Source: an uncultured Chloroflexia bacterium (GTDB lineage Bacteria; Chloroflexota; Limnocylindria; Limnocylindrales; CSP1-4). Taken from it: a DNA stretch of 64,000 bases. Both the position numbers and the translations under genes were made by a program. The notes beneath the pieces are model-generated. The model saw only the letters and a program-made list of their open reading frames with translations, was not told the DNA's origin and did no database searches. The stretch spans positions 480,001 to 544,000 of the forward strand of contig CAVVYR010000006.1 of assembly GCA_963752475.1 (NCBI GenBank), given 5' to 3'. Positions within the stretch are counted from its first letter, which is position 1; every line of letters starts with the position of its first letter. This document shows, one piece after another, positions 11,919 to 24,432 of the stretch.

Positions 11919-12548
11919 ATGACAAGAAGAACGGCGCCGAAGCAGGCGCAGCAGACCAACGGCAACCCCGAGCAGGCCGAGCAGGCAAGTCGGGCGCATG
12001 CCAAGCTGCGGCGGCTCCCGCGCCGAGGAGCGCATCGCCGCGCTCGATACCGAGGGCGTCTCGGTGAGCGCGCAGATCGAGGAGCTGACCCAGCGACTCG
12101 AGGCTGCCGAGCAACGTGCCGCCGAGGCCGAGGCCGGCTGGCAGCGCGCCCGAGCCGACTACCAGAACCTCAAGCGGCGCTAGTGAGGAGCAGCGGGCCG
12201 AGTCGGCCGGGATCGCCGGCGACCGTCTGCTCATCCGCGTGCTCGACCTCGCCGACGACTTCGACCTGGCCGTCGAGCACATTCCCGAGGACGCCCAGGA
12301 CAGCCCCTGGGTGGAGGGCATCACCGCCATCGACCGCAAGCTGCGTGCCCTGCTCGAAGCCGAGGGCATCGAGGCCATGGAGTGGCGAAGGCGAACCCTT
12401 CGATCCCCAGACCCAACAGGCCATCAGCTACGAGGACATCGCCGACGTGCCCGACGGCACCGTCATCAAGGTCCTCCAGCGCGGCTTCACCATCAACGGC
12501 CGGGTGCTGCGACCCGCTCTCGTAGCGGTCGCACGCAACGACGACTGA
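11915..12548 (+). CDS. grpE: Nucleotide exchange factor GrpE, multiply frameshifted in this assembly
   Basis: [22 protein letters not shown] and [20 protein letters not shown] lie in different frames; ATGA overlap with the hrcA stop. Confidence 0.9.
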
Positions 12549-12635
12549 CGCCGACGACCAACACCAACGCAGACGACCAACGCAGCCAGACCACCCATCG
12601 AACTGACATCGAAACCCCTCAAGGAGAAGCACTGA

Positions 12636-14576
<1,941 letters not shown>

Positions 14577-14612
14577 TCCGGGTCGGGGCCGCGCGCCCCG
14601 TCCGCCACAACC

Positions 14613-16112
14613 ATGCTGGAACGTTCACGGGAAGCGATGAAGCGCCTTCGGGGTGACCCGAGGGCGCCGTCGCCATCGCCGCGCAAACCCACCCGCGCGA
14701 CGCCGCCGAACGTGATCGGCAAAGGGCCCCTGTTGTCGGCGCCGGGCTTGAAGCTCGGCGTCGTCGTCATCCTGCGCAACGAGGGGCCGTATCTCGATGA
14801 GTGGCTCGCGTACCACCATGCCTTGGGCGTCGACCACTTCTTCATCTACGACAACGGCTCTACCGATGAGCTGCACGAGGTCATCGAGCCATGGGTCAAC
14901 CACGGCCTGGTCACGCTCGTGCACTGGCCGCTGCCCGGCGGTCAGATCGACGCCTACTCCCATGCGCTGCGCTTCTACGGCCCATCCGTCGGGTGGCTGG
15001 CGTTCTTCGACGTCGATGAGTTCGTGGTGCCGCTGGTCGACGACGATATCCCCTCGGTCCTGGCCCGGTTCCCCGACGCGGCCGATGTGCGCGTTCCACG
15101 CATCGACTTCGGCTTCTCCGGACATCGCGAACCGCCCGACCGACTGACGATCGAGTCCTACACCGAGGTGGCAGATGTCTTCGGGCGCGACGCGTCGAAG
15201 CCACCCCGGGTCAAGTCGATCGTGCAGCCGAAGTCGATCAGCGCTGTCGGCATCCACACCGCCACGGTGGCTGATGACCCACGCGGGCCCGACGGCGAGG
15301 CCGTGCCGCACAAGACCGTGGGCAAGTCCTGCTGGGGATTCGTGCAGCTGAACCACTACTACACGCGCTCGTTCGAGGAGTTCGAGTCCAAACGCTTCCG
15401 GGGGTCGGCCACGGGACGCATCGCCCGACCCGCCATCCCCTTCGACCTGCCGGCGCAGGGCGTGAACGATGCCGCGGTCCGCTTCACCGATCGGACGAAG
15501 GCCATGATCGAGCGCATCCACAGCCTGGCGCCCAGCCCGTACCGCTACGGCAGCGAGCTGGCGTTGGAGCGGTTCCCGCGCTTCAACGACCTCGGGCTCT
15601 TCACCGAGTTCGCTGTCGCCAACAGCGTGATGGAGGAGCCGGCACCACGACGCGAGCCGGCCCTGCGCATCCCCAACCTCTACGACGGCATCGGCTTCGT
15701 CGGCGTCGTCAGCGGACACGACCACGAGGTCGTCGAGGGTGAGCTCTCAGGCTCGATGCATCTGGAGCCGCTGCTGGAGCGAGCGCGCGGGCAGCTGGTA
15801 GGCACCCTCACCGATGCCGACGTCGTCGACGGCGAGGCGCGCTTCGACATCGACGCTGACGGTCAGCGACGGGTCTACGCCGCCGGTTTCGTGGTCACGA
15901 CCACCGCACCGACGAAGGTGGAGGCACTTCTGGTGCACGCAGACGGCAGTCGCAGCGAACCGGTCGAGCTGAAGCTCGATCCCGGACAGGCCTACGCTGG
16001 GCTCGTGGAGCTGGAACCCGAGCCCGACCTCGCCGAGACGGTGCGCATCCGTCTGGCATCGACCAGTGGCGAGATGGCCGTCCACGACCTCTTCGTCATC
16101 GCCTATGGCTGA
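14613..16112 (+). CDS. Glycosyltransferase family 92-like protein (copy 1)
   Basis: NEGPYLDEWLAYH..GVDHFFIYDNGSTD, DVDEF, QLNHYYTRS. Confidence 0.8.
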   Translation: MLERSREAMKRLRGDPRAPSPSPRKPTRATPPNVIGKGPLLSAPGLKLGVVVILRNEGPYLDEWLAYHHALGVDHFFIYDNGSTDELHEVIEPWVNHGLVTLVHWPLPGGQIDAYSHALRFYGPSVGWLAFFDVDEFVVPLVDDDIPSVLARFPDAADVRVPRIDFGFSGHREPPDRLTIESYTEVADVFGRDASKPPRVKSIVQPKSISAVGIHTATVADDPRGPDGEAVPHKTVGKSCWGFVQLNHYYTRSFEEFESKRFRGSATGRIARPAIPFDLPAQGVNDAAVRFTDRTKAMIERIHSLAPSPYRYGSELALERFPRFNDLGLFTEFAVANSVMEEPAPRREPALRIPNLYDGIGFVGVVSGHDHEVVEGELSGSMHLEPLLERARGQLVGTLTDADVVDGEARFDIDADGQRRVYAAGFVVTTTAPTKVEALLVHADGSRSEPVELKLDPGQAYAGLVELEPEPDLAETVRIRLASTSGEMAVHDLFVIAYG

Positions 16113-17709
16113 GCCCACGCCGGCGGACAAGCTGCGTCGCCGCTTGAGCCGCCTCGTGTCCGGGACACCCGGGTCACCCGCTGCCCCGAAGGACGATGGG
16201 CGCAAGCGCAAGACGCCGGGCAAGATGCTGCGCGCCAAGCCACCCAACACTCGCGGCAGGGGACCGCTGCTCAGTGGGCCGCCGCTGGGCGTGGCTGTCG
16301 TGGCCATCGTCAAGAACGAGGCCGACTACCTCGAGGAGTGGCTGGCGTATCACCTCGCGCTGGGTGTCGACCACTTCGTCATCTACGACAACGGCAGCAC
16401 CGACGGCAGCGCCGAGCTGCTCGAGCGCTACATCAACCACGGCCTCGTCACGCGCATCGACTGGCCCATCGGGGGCGGTCAGTTGGCGGCCTACAACCAC
16501 TCCCTGCGGATGTTCGGCGCCGCCGCCCGTTGGCTGGCCTACTACGACCCTGACGAGTTCCTGGTGCCGCTGGCCGATGACGACATCCCCTCGTTCCTCG
16601 CGCGCTATCCCGACGCCGCGGTCCTGCGCGTGCCCCGCGTCGAGATCGGCTTCTCCGGCCACCGCACCAAGCCAGAGGGGCTGACCATCGACGAGTACAC
16701 CGGCGTGGCCGACGTGCTCGGGCTGGATCGGGATCTGCCACCGCGAGTGAAGTCGATCGTGCAGCCGGGTGCGGTCTCGGCCGTGGACATCCACCTGGCC
16801 TTCCCCGCTGACGTGCCCGAGCCGGGCCAGCCCACGAAGACGTACGAGGCCGAGCTGCGCGACGTGGTCCAGCTGAACCATTACTACACGCGCTCGTTCG
16901 AGGAGTTCGAGGCCAAGCGCTTCCGCGGTTCGGCGACCGGCCGCATCGCTCGCTCGGCCGTCGACTTCGATCTGCCCGTGCAGCGTGTCGACACCTCGGC
17001 CCAGCGTTTCTCCGAGCGGACGACGGCGATGTTCGAACGGCTGCGTCGACTTGACCCACGCCCGTACGAGTACGGCAGCCATATCGGCTTCGAGTACTTC
17101 CCGCGGCCCAACGACCTCTTCCGCTTCGGCGAGTTCGCCATCGCCAACTGGTCGGCTGGGCTGACCCAGCCCGCGCGCTCCGCGTCGACGCGGCTCAAGA
17201 ACCGCTACGACGGCGTCGGCCTGGTGGTGGACGTCACCGACCAGCCCGCGCAGCCGTGGCGAGACGCGCTCTCGTCCTCGTCGCACATCGAGGCCCTGCT
17301 GGGTCACATGCGTGGCCGCATCGTGAACGGGTTGACCAGCGCGCCCGATCTGCCCATCGCGGCGACGGCCGGCGAGCTCGAGCTACCCGTGGACGGCCCC
17401 GCCACCATCGGCCTGGTCGATGGCGCTGCCGAGCTGCTCATCCCACTGCCGTCGGATGCGATGCTCCGCTGCTATCACCTCGGGCTGCTGGCGAGCCTGG
17501 ACGGTGAGGCCTCGGCGGTCGCTTCGATCGAACGAAGGGAAGGCTCAGCGAGCACGCCCGTCGAACTGGGGTTGCCGGCAGGCTCGAGCGTCGCTGCCAT
17601 CGTGGAGGTCGAGCCGACGCCGAAGGAAGGGGACGTGATGCGGCTACGCTTCGAGTCCTCGGTGGACACGCTCACGCTCTACGACCTCTTCGTCATCGCG
17701 ACCGGCTAG
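16105..17709 (+). CDS. Glycosyltransferase family 92-like protein (copy 2)
   Basis: KNEADYLEEWLAYH..YDNGSTD, DPDEF, QLNHYYTRS. Confidence 0.8.
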   Translation: MAEPTPADKLRRRLSRLVSGTPGSPAAPKDDGRKRKTPGKMLRAKPPNTRGRGPLLSGPPLGVAVVAIVKNEADYLEEWLAYHLALGVDHFVIYDNGSTDGSAELLERYINHGLVTRIDWPIGGGQLAAYNHSLRMFGAAARWLAYYDPDEFLVPLADDDIPSFLARYPDAAVLRVPRVEIGFSGHRTKPEGLTIDEYTGVADVLGLDRDLPPRVKSIVQPGAVSAVDIHLAFPADVPEPGQPTKTYEAELRDVVQLNHYYTRSFEEFEAKRFRGSATGRIARSAVDFDLPVQRVDTSAQRFSERTTAMFERLRRLDPRPYEYGSHIGFEYFPRPNDLFRFGEFAIANWSAGLTQPARSASTRLKNRYDGVGLVVDVTDQPAQPWRDALSSSSHIEALLGHMRGRIVNGLTSAPDLPIAATAGELELPVDGPATIGLVDGAAELLIPLPSDAMLRCYHLGLLASLDGEASAVASIERREGSASTPVELGLPAGSSVAAIVEVEPTPKEGDVMRLRFESSVDTLTLYDLFVIATG

Positions 17710-17718
17710 GCTGCAGCG

Positions 17719-19242
17719 ATGGCACTGAGCAAGCGCGTGGGCAAGGTCCTCGGTCGCAGCCCCGGCGAGGAGCGCAGGGAGCGTCCGCCGCTGATGGAGC
17801 GCGGCCGTTTCGATGTGTCCGTCATGGCCATCCTCAAGAACGAGGCACCGAACATGGAGGAGTGGCTTTGCCACCACATGGCCATCGGAGTCGACCACTT
17901 CTTCCTTTACGACAACGGCTCCACCGATGAGCTTCATGACGTGCTCAAGCCCTACGCCGACCACGGCGTCGTGACCACGATCTACTTCCCCATGCGCGGC
18001 CTGCAGCGCGACGCCAACAACCACGTCGTGCGCTTCTTCGGCGACACCACCGAGTGGATCGCCTATGTCGACATCGACGAGTTCCTGGTGCCCGAGCACG
18101 ACGAGTCCATCAGCGACGTCATGGCCCGCTACCCCGATGCCGAGCAGGTGCTCGTCTCACGCAAGGAGTTCTGCTACTCGGGGGTCCGCGAGCCCGTGGA
18201 CGGCCTGGTGACCGAGATCTATCGGGAGTACAGCGAGAACGTGCCGCGGATGGGTACGAGCGAGGTCCTGGCCAAACCCATCATCCGGCCCAGTGGGGCG
18301 GCTCGCGTGGGCATCCACAACGCCTTCACGGTCCATGGCCGCACGGTCAACACGGCGGGGCAGCCGACGAGCGAAGAGGCCACGGTCATCGAGGACCCGA
18401 GCTACGCCAACCTCCAGATGAACCACTACTTCACCAAGTCGTGGGCGGAGTTCCAGGCCAAGCGAACGCGTGCCACGACCTCGACCCATGCCTTCCAGCT
18501 GCCCGAGGTGCCCTTCGATATCCCCGGCCAAGTCGACCATGTCATCGATCGCTGGCAGCCGCGCACGCGGGCACTGATGGACGAGATGCGCACGCTGGCC
18601 CGCAGCCCGGCTCGTTACGGCAGCAAGCTGCGTATGCCCGGCTTCCCGATCAACGACATGTTCGGCCAGGAGGCCACGGCCATCACCTCCAACGAGGCCG
18701 CCGGTCTGACCGAAGCGCGCAAGAAGCGCTCCTTCCGCGGTCTGCCGATGCCCGGCGTGCGGGGTGCGCACGTGCGCGCCGAGGACCATGGCTACGAGCC
18801 CGCGCCGGGCCGCTTCCTCGCGTCCGAGCACATCGCCCAGGAGATGGCCTGGCTACAGGCCGAGGTCACATGGTCGGCACTCGAGCCCGAGCCGCCGCTG
18901 GGGGTCGAGGGCGGGACGCTCGAGGCCGATGAGGTCCCGGTGGTGCGGTTCGAGGGCGACCGTGGCTCGCTGGTGATCCCGACCGGGGGTGAGCCGCTTC
19001 GTCAGCATGCGCTGGCCTACGTCCTGCGCGTCGATGGCGCGGGGCCCGTCAGCGCGCAGCTGGCCGCCCGCGAGGGAGGGGAGTGGGTGCCGTCAGCGAC
19101 CTACGAGATGTCCGGTGCCGGCACCTATCTCGGTCTCGTGGCCCTGGAGAAGAAGCCGCGCACGGTCGACGCGGTGCGCATCTCGCTCGACGGCACGAGC
19201 GAGGTCACGATCTACGATCTGGCGCTGCTCGTCTTCGGCTGA
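17719..19242 (+). CDS. Glycosyltransferase family 92-like protein (copy 3)
   Basis: KNEAPNMEEWLCHH..YDNGSTD, DIDEF, QMNHYFTKS. Confidence 0.8.
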   Translation: MALSKRVGKVLGRSPGEERRERPPLMERGRFDVSVMAILKNEAPNMEEWLCHHMAIGVDHFFLYDNGSTDELHDVLKPYADHGVVTTIYFPMRGLQRDANNHVVRFFGDTTEWIAYVDIDEFLVPEHDESISDVMARYPDAEQVLVSRKEFCYSGVREPVDGLVTEIYREYSENVPRMGTSEVLAKPIIRPSGAARVGIHNAFTVHGRTVNTAGQPTSEEATVIEDPSYANLQMNHYFTKSWAEFQAKRTRATTSTHAFQLPEVPFDIPGQVDHVIDRWQPRTRALMDEMRTLARSPARYGSKLRMPGFPINDMFGQEATAITSNEAAGLTEARKKRSFRGLPMPGVRGAHVRAEDHGYEPAPGRFLASEHIAQEMAWLQAEVTWSALEPEPPLGVEGGTLEADEVPVVRFEGDRGSLVIPTGGEPLRQHALAYVLRVDGAGPVSAQLAAREGGEWVPSATYEMSGAGTYLGLVALEKKPRTVDAVRISLDGTSEVTIYDLALLVFG

Positions 19243-19736
19243 TTCTTGCGGCCGCCCGTGGGGGTGGCGCCACGGATCCGACCGAGCGAGACCCAGGCTT
19301 CCGGGTCATCGGCCAGCTCCGCTACCCGCGTGGGCAGCTCATGGTCGCGCAGGTTGGCCAGGGTGGTGGTCTCGAGGATGTCGCGCAGCGCGGCGCGGAC
19401 CGCGATCCAGACGTCGGTCAGTGGCTCTGCCGCGCCCTTGTATTCCATGTTCTCTGGACGGTCGCCTCGCACGTTGGCAAGCGGGCCGTCGACGGCACGG
19501 ATGACGTCGGCCACACTGATCTCCTCTGCCGGGCGCGCCAGAGCGTAGCCGCCCTCCGGGCCACGCTGGCTGCGGACGATGCCGGCGTGTTTGAGCTCGA
19601 GCAGGATGGTCTCGAGGAACTTGGCCGGGATGTCCTGTGCCGAAGCGATGCGCTCGGCCTTGATGGGCTTGTCGGTCGCGGTGGACAGTTCGGCAGCGGC
19701 GCGGGCGGCGTAGTCGGCCTTGGCAGAGACTCTCAT
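19212..19736 (-). CDS. Rrf2-family transcriptional regulator without cysteines
   Basis: MRVSAKADYA, SQRGPEGGY.LAR, DVIRAVDGP. Confidence 0.92.
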   Translation of the reverse strand: MRVSAKADYAARAAAELSTATDKPIKAERIASAQDIPAKFLETILLELKHAGIVRSQRGPEGGYALARPAEEISVADVIRAVDGPLANVRGDRPENMEYKGAAEPLTDVWIAVRAALRDILETTTLANLRDHELPTRVAELADDPEAWVSLGRIRGATPTGGRKNQPKTSSARS

Positions 19737-19804
19737 GTGCCATTATTCTCCCATATCTTGATAGGAATAGTGGGACGGCTCTGCTACGCTAGTCGGCGTC
19801 GAAA

Positions 19805-19820
19805 CCGACCGCCGCGTCGG
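19805..19820. promoter_or_regulatory. Putative TetR operator
   Basis: Palindrome CCGAC-N6-GTCGG just upstream of the TetR gene. Confidence 0.45.
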
Positions 19821-19846
19821 AAGTCGGAAACGGAGGCCAGCAGGGC

Positions 19847-20464
19847 ATGAGGCAGGAACGAAGCGCCAAGCGCCGCGAGCGCATCCTCGATGCGGCCTTC
19901 TCCGTCTTCAGCCAGCGCGGCTACCGACAGGCAGGCGTGGACGAGGTGGGGCGCCAGGCAGAGACCAGCAAAGGTGGCGTCTACTTCCACTTCCCCACCA
20001 AGGAAGCGTTGTTCCTCGAGCTGCTGCGTACCACCGCCGACCGGCTCACGGGCAAGGTCGAGCGGACCATCGCGCCGTACGACGACCCCATCGAGCGAGC
20101 GGACGTGGCACTCCAGACGGTACTCGGCGTCTTCGCCGGCCACCGCACGATGGCCAGGCTGTTCCTCATCGACGCGGTCGGTGCCGGTTCCGAGTTCCAG
20201 GCGGAGCTGCAGCGGCTCCACGAACGCTTCTCCGGCATCATCTCGCGTCAGTTGGACGCCGCGGTCGAGGCCGGCACCATCGAGTCCCTCGACACCGAGA
20301 TCGCGGGCATGGCCTGGTTCGGGGCGCTCAACGAGGTGGTCATGCGCTGGCTCATGGCCGACGACCCCGGGCGGCTGGAGGACACGTACCCCACGCTGCG
20401 GGGCATCCTCCTGCGCAGCGTCGGCATCCCCGAGGCGGGCATCGCGGCAACCGCCGAGGCATGA
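19847..20464 (+). CDS. TetR/AcrR-family regulator heading the men operon
   Basis: RERILDAA..VF...GY, SKGGVYFHFPTKEALF; ATGA overlap with menF. Confidence 0.93.
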   Translation: MRQERSAKRRERILDAAFSVFSQRGYRQAGVDEVGRQAETSKGGVYFHFPTKEALFLELLRTTADRLTGKVERTIAPYDDPIERADVALQTVLGVFAGHRTMARLFLIDAVGAGSEFQAELQRLHERFSGIISRQLDAAVEAGTIESLDTEIAGMAWFGALNEVVMRWLMADDPGRLEDTYPTLRGILLRSVGIPEAGIAATAEA

Positions 20465-21873
20465 CCGTCGTGGAGCGGGCCGCCGCGCCCGACCTCGCGG
20501 CCGCGCTGACGCCGCTGATCGCTCGTGCGGCCGGCAGCGACCAGGCCACGCTGGTCTCGGCCACCGTGCCCGTGGCGCCAGTGGACCCGGTCGCCTTGCA
20601 CGGCATGGCCCAGCCATTGGGCGTGTCGCTGTGGATGCAGCCAGGAGCGGGCATCGCGCACGTCGGCGTCGGTGAAGCCTGGGCCGCTCGGCAGAGCCAT
20701 GAAGCCCGCTTCCAGGTCGTCTCGGTCGCCTGGCGGATGCTGCTCGAGAGCGCCGCCATCGACACCGGTGACGCTCCCCGGGGCGCCGGCCCTACGCTGC
20801 TGGGAGGGTTCGGCTTCGACGAGGATCCCGTCGAGTCGGAGGTCTGGAAGGGCTTCGAGGGGGGTTGTCTGACGCTGCCGGCTCTGCTGCTGTCCACGAC
20901 ATCGGAGGGTTCGTGGCTCACAGCTTCGATGGTCGTGGAGCCCGATGGCGTCCCGCCGGGCACGATGGTCCAGTCGCTGGACCAGACGTGGGCCTTCCTC
21001 TCCGAGGCGGCGGTGCAGCCCTCTGGGCTGGCACGACAGTCCCTGGCCGTCCGACGGCGAACCCCGGATGTCACGTCCTGGCAGAGCTCGGTGGCACGGC
21101 TGGCCGGGGCCGTCGGGCGTGGCCGGCTGGACAAGGCCGTGCTCTCGCGGTCGATCACGCTGGAGGCGGCCTCCGACATCGATGTCACCGGGGTCCTGCG
21201 TCGTCTCGAGGCCTCAGCGCCTGAGTCGACGGTCTTCGCCTTCTCACGCGGACCCCGCACGTTCGTCGGCGCTACGCCCGAACGGCTCGTCAGCCTGCAG
21301 GGTCGGGAGTTGCGCACGATGGCCATGGCCGGGTCAGCCCGCCGCGCGGACGATCCGGCAGAGGACGCGATGCTGGCCGAGCGACTCCTCGCCAGCGATA
21401 AGGAGCGCGAGGAGCATGCGGTCGTGGTCGACATGTTGCGGGAGGCGCTGGCGCCGGTGGCGCAGGGGCTGACCATCCCGCGGATACCGGAGGTCGTGCG
21501 CTTCCGTCACGTCCAGCACCTGGTCACGCCCGTGTCCGGCCGGCTCGTCGATGATGCCGATGTGCTCACGCTCGTCGAGCGCCTCCATCCCACACCCGCG
21601 GTCGGCGGTACGCCTCGCGATCTGGCGCTCGAGCTCATCGCCGAGGAAGAGCCCCACGAGCGTGGATGGTATGCCGGCCCGGTGGGCTGGATGGACCGCA
21701 ATGGCGATGGTGAGTTCGTCGTGGCCCTCCGCTCAGGCGTCATCGCGGGCGCCACGGCCACGCTCTTCGCCGGCTGCGGCATCGTCGCCGACTCCGATCC
21801 GGAGCGGGAATGGGACGAATCGAGCGCCAAGCTGCAGGCTCTCGGCTCCGCGCTCGGACGGTTCGAGCCATGA
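20461..21873 (+). CDS. menF: Isochorismate synthase
   Basis: GATPERL, KEREEH, LHPTPAVGG, RGWYAG, FAGCGIV. Confidence 0.93.
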   Translation: MTVVERAAAPDLAAALTPLIARAAGSDQATLVSATVPVAPVDPVALHGMAQPLGVSLWMQPGAGIAHVGVGEAWAARQSHEARFQVVSVAWRMLLESAAIDTGDAPRGAGPTLLGGFGFDEDPVESEVWKGFEGGCLTLPALLLSTTSEGSWLTASMVVEPDGVPPGTMVQSLDQTWAFLSEAAVQPSGLARQSLAVRRRTPDVTSWQSSVARLAGAVGRGRLDKAVLSRSITLEAASDIDVTGVLRRLEASAPESTVFAFSRGPRTFVGATPERLVSLQGRELRTMAMAGSARRADDPAEDAMLAERLLASDKEREEHAVVVDMLREALAPVAQGLTIPRIPEVVRFRHVQHLVTPVSGRLVDDADVLTLVERLHPTPAVGGTPRDLALELIAEEEPHERGWYAGPVGWMDRNGDGEFVVALRSGVIAGATATLFAGCGIVADSDPEREWDESSAKLQALGSALGRFEP

Positions 21874-23627
21874 CCGGCTACCGCACACCCGCGGCGCCCC
21901 TCCGTGCCATCGTCGAGACGCTCATCGCTGGCGGTGTGCGCGACGTCGTGATCTGCCCGGGCTCGCGCTCGACGCCCATGGCCCTGGCGCTCAAGGCTGC
22001 GCCGCAGCTGCGTTGCTGGGTGCACCTCGACGAGCGCGCCGGTGCCTTCTTCGCGCTGGGCGCGGCCAGAGGCGGACGTCGTCCGTCGGCGATCCTGGCC
22101 ACTTCCGGCACGGCCGTCGTCAACTTCGCACCGGCGGTGGCCGAGGCCCGCTACGGTCGCGTACCGCTGATCGTGCTGACGGCCGACCGACCGCCTGAGC
22201 TGCAGGGCATCGGCGCACCCCAGACCATCGACCAGATCGAGCTCTACGGCCGCCATGCCAAGTGGTTCGCCGAGTTGCCTGTGCCGGCTGACGACCCTGA
22301 CGCCGAGGCCGAGCTGCGCGGAACGGTCGCCCGCGGCCTCGATGTCGCGACCAGGGCCCCAGCGGGGCCGGTCCAGCTCAACCTGCCCTTCCGGGAGCCC
22401 TTGCTACCCGATGGATCGCTGGTCGCGGACGATGCCGCTACCGAGGCGGATCCACGGCCGCGGATCGAGGCCGCGGCCATCGACCCGGAGCTCATCGAGC
22501 GCCTGCTGCCGCGCGTCCATGCCGCGGCGCGCCCGCTCGTCGTCTGCGGCCCGCTCGACCGACCCGGCTTCGCGTCACCGGTCACCGAGCTCGCGGCGGC
22601 GTTGCGGGCGCCGATCGTGGCCGATGCGCTCGCCAACCTGCGCTGCGGGCCCCACGATCGCGAGGCCATCGTCGCGTACCACGACGCCCTGCTGCGCATC
22701 CCGGGCTTCAGCGAGCGTCAGGCCCCGGACCTCATCCTCCGCTTCGGCGGCACGCCGACATCGAAGGCCCTGAACCAGGCCCTCGAGCGATGGGACGCAC
22801 CGCAGCTCCTCGTCGACGACGGGGAGGGCTGGAACGTGCCCGCCGGCGAGGCCATCGAGCGTCTCGATGCCGAACCCGTGGCCTTCGTCGAGGCGCTGGC
22901 GGATGCCGCCCGGGGGGAGGGCTCGGGCGACCCGGCATTCCTGGACGCGTGGCTCGCGGCTGATGCGGTCGCGGCCACGGCACTAGCGCAGTTCCACGCC
23001 GCAGCTGCCGAACCGTTCGAGGGAGCTGTGGCTCCCGCGCTCGACGCCGCGCTACCGGATGACGCGCTCGTGCTCGTGGGCAACAGCATGCCGGTGCGGG
23101 ACCTCGACACCTTCCTGCCCGGATCGAAGCGGCCGCGCCGCCTCCTCGGCAACCGCGGTGCCAACGGCATCGACGGGCTCATCGCTTCCGCGCTCGGGCT
23201 GGCCGCCGGGCAACCCCACCCGGTCGTGCTCGTCCTCGGCGACCTCAGCTTCCTGCACGACCTGACCTCGCTCGTGGCCGCGCAGCGACTCGGGCTCGAG
23301 CTGCTGATCGTGCTCGTCGACAACGACGGTGGCGGCATCTTCTCGTTCCTGCCGCAGGGCTCGGCCGAGCGTCCAGACCTGGGCCTTCCGGAGCACTACG
23401 AGGAGCTCTTCGGCACACCGCACGGGCTCGACCTGCGACCGATCGCGACCGCCCTCGGTGCGACACATCGACGCGTGGGCGGCGGCGACCTCGCTCGGGG
23501 CATCGCAGCGTGCCTGGAGCGACCGGGCGTGACGGTGCTCGAGGTGAACACCGATCGGACACGCAACGTCGAGCTCCACGGCGAGGCCTTCGCGGCGGTC
23601 GAGCGTGCGCTGGAGGCCCACGTATGA
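21870..23627 (+). CDS. menD: SEPHCHC synthase (ThDP-dependent)
   Basis: CPGSRSTP, DERAGAFFALG, TSGTA, NRGANGIDG, GDLSFLHD, NDGGGIF. Confidence 0.95.
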   Translation: MTGYRTPAAPLRAIVETLIAGGVRDVVICPGSRSTPMALALKAAPQLRCWVHLDERAGAFFALGAARGGRRPSAILATSGTAVVNFAPAVAEARYGRVPLIVLTADRPPELQGIGAPQTIDQIELYGRHAKWFAELPVPADDPDAEAELRGTVARGLDVATRAPAGPVQLNLPFREPLLPDGSLVADDAATEADPRPRIEAAAIDPELIERLLPRVHAAARPLVVCGPLDRPGFASPVTELAAALRAPIVADALANLRCGPHDREAIVAYHDALLRIPGFSERQAPDLILRFGGTPTSKALNQALERWDAPQLLVDDGEGWNVPAGEAIERLDAEPVAFVEALADAARGEGSGDPAFLDAWLAADAVAATALAQFHAAAAEPFEGAVAPALDAALPDDALVLVGNSMPVRDLDTFLPGSKRPRRLLGNRGANGIDGLIASALGLAAGQPHPVVLVLGDLSFLHDLTSLVAAQRLGLELLIVLVDNDGGGIFSFLPQGSAERPDLGLPEHYEELFGTPHGLDLRPIATALGATHRRVGGGDLARGIAACLERPGVTVLEVNTDRTRNVELHGEAFAAVERALEAHV

Positions 23628-24424
23628 GCCTCAACGTCCTCACCGAAGGCAGCGGTCAGCCGCTGCTCCTGCTCCACGGCTTCACTGGCACCGCACGCAT
23701 GTGGTCGTCGCAGATCGAGGCGTGGTCGGCCGACCACCGCGTCATCGCACCCGACCTGCTCGGTCACGGCCGCTCTGATGCCCCAGCCGAGCCTGTCCAC
23801 TACGCCCTCGAGCGTCAGGCCGCTTCACTGGCGGACCTGCTGGCCCTGCTCGAGGCGGAGCCGGCGACGGTGGTCGGCTACTCGATGGGTGCCCGACTCG
23901 CGCTCGTGCTGGCACTGGAGTACCCGCGGTCGGTGGCGCGGCTCGTGCTCGAGAGTCCCTCGGCCGGGATCGTCGATGACGCCGATCGAAACGCACGCCG
24001 AGTGGCGGACGAGCACCTCGCGCAGGAGATCGTGCGCGACGGCACCGATGCCTTCATCGCACGGTGGGAGGCGATGCCGATCTTCGCCAGCCACGTGGAT
24101 CTACCGGCCGACGTCGAGTCTCACCAACGCGCCGAGCGTCGCCGGCACACGCCGACCGGCCTGGCAGGCTCGCTGCGTGGAGCAGGGCAGGGGGCCATGG
24201 CGCCGATGCACGACCGGCTCCGGCACGTCACCTCGCCCACGCTCGTCGTCGCCGGCGTGCTCGACACGGCCGGCGCTGGTCGCGCGAAGGTCGTCGCCAC
24301 GGGCATCCCGCATGCCCGTCTCGAGATCATCGACCGTGCCGGCCACACGCCACACCTGGAGCGGCCCCAGACGTTCATCCGCGTCGTCGACGACTTCCTG
24401 ACCAGCAGCCCCGTCACAGCCTGA
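23624..24424 (+). CDS. menH: SHCHC synthase
   Basis: LHGFTG, GYSMGAR, RRVAD, GHTPH; lies between menD and menB. Confidence 0.9.
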   Translation: MSLNVLTEGSGQPLLLLHGFTGTARMWSSQIEAWSADHRVIAPDLLGHGRSDAPAEPVHYALERQAASLADLLALLEAEPATVVGYSMGARLALVLALEYPRSVARLVLESPSAGIVDDADRNARRVADEHLAQEIVRDGTDAFIARWEAMPIFASHVDLPADVESHQRAERRRHTPTGLAGSLRGAGQGAMAPMHDRLRHVTSPTLVVAGVLDTAGAGRAKVVATGIPHARLEIIDRAGHTPHLERPQTFIRVVDDFLTSSPVTA

Positions 24425-24432
24425 GGAGAGCC

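Noticed and set aside
11915-12548. Programmed frameshifting or true pseudogenisation of grpE
   Set aside because: Several shifts with no slippery sites and intact motifs, plus similar breaks in mfd and gadB, point to sequencing indels
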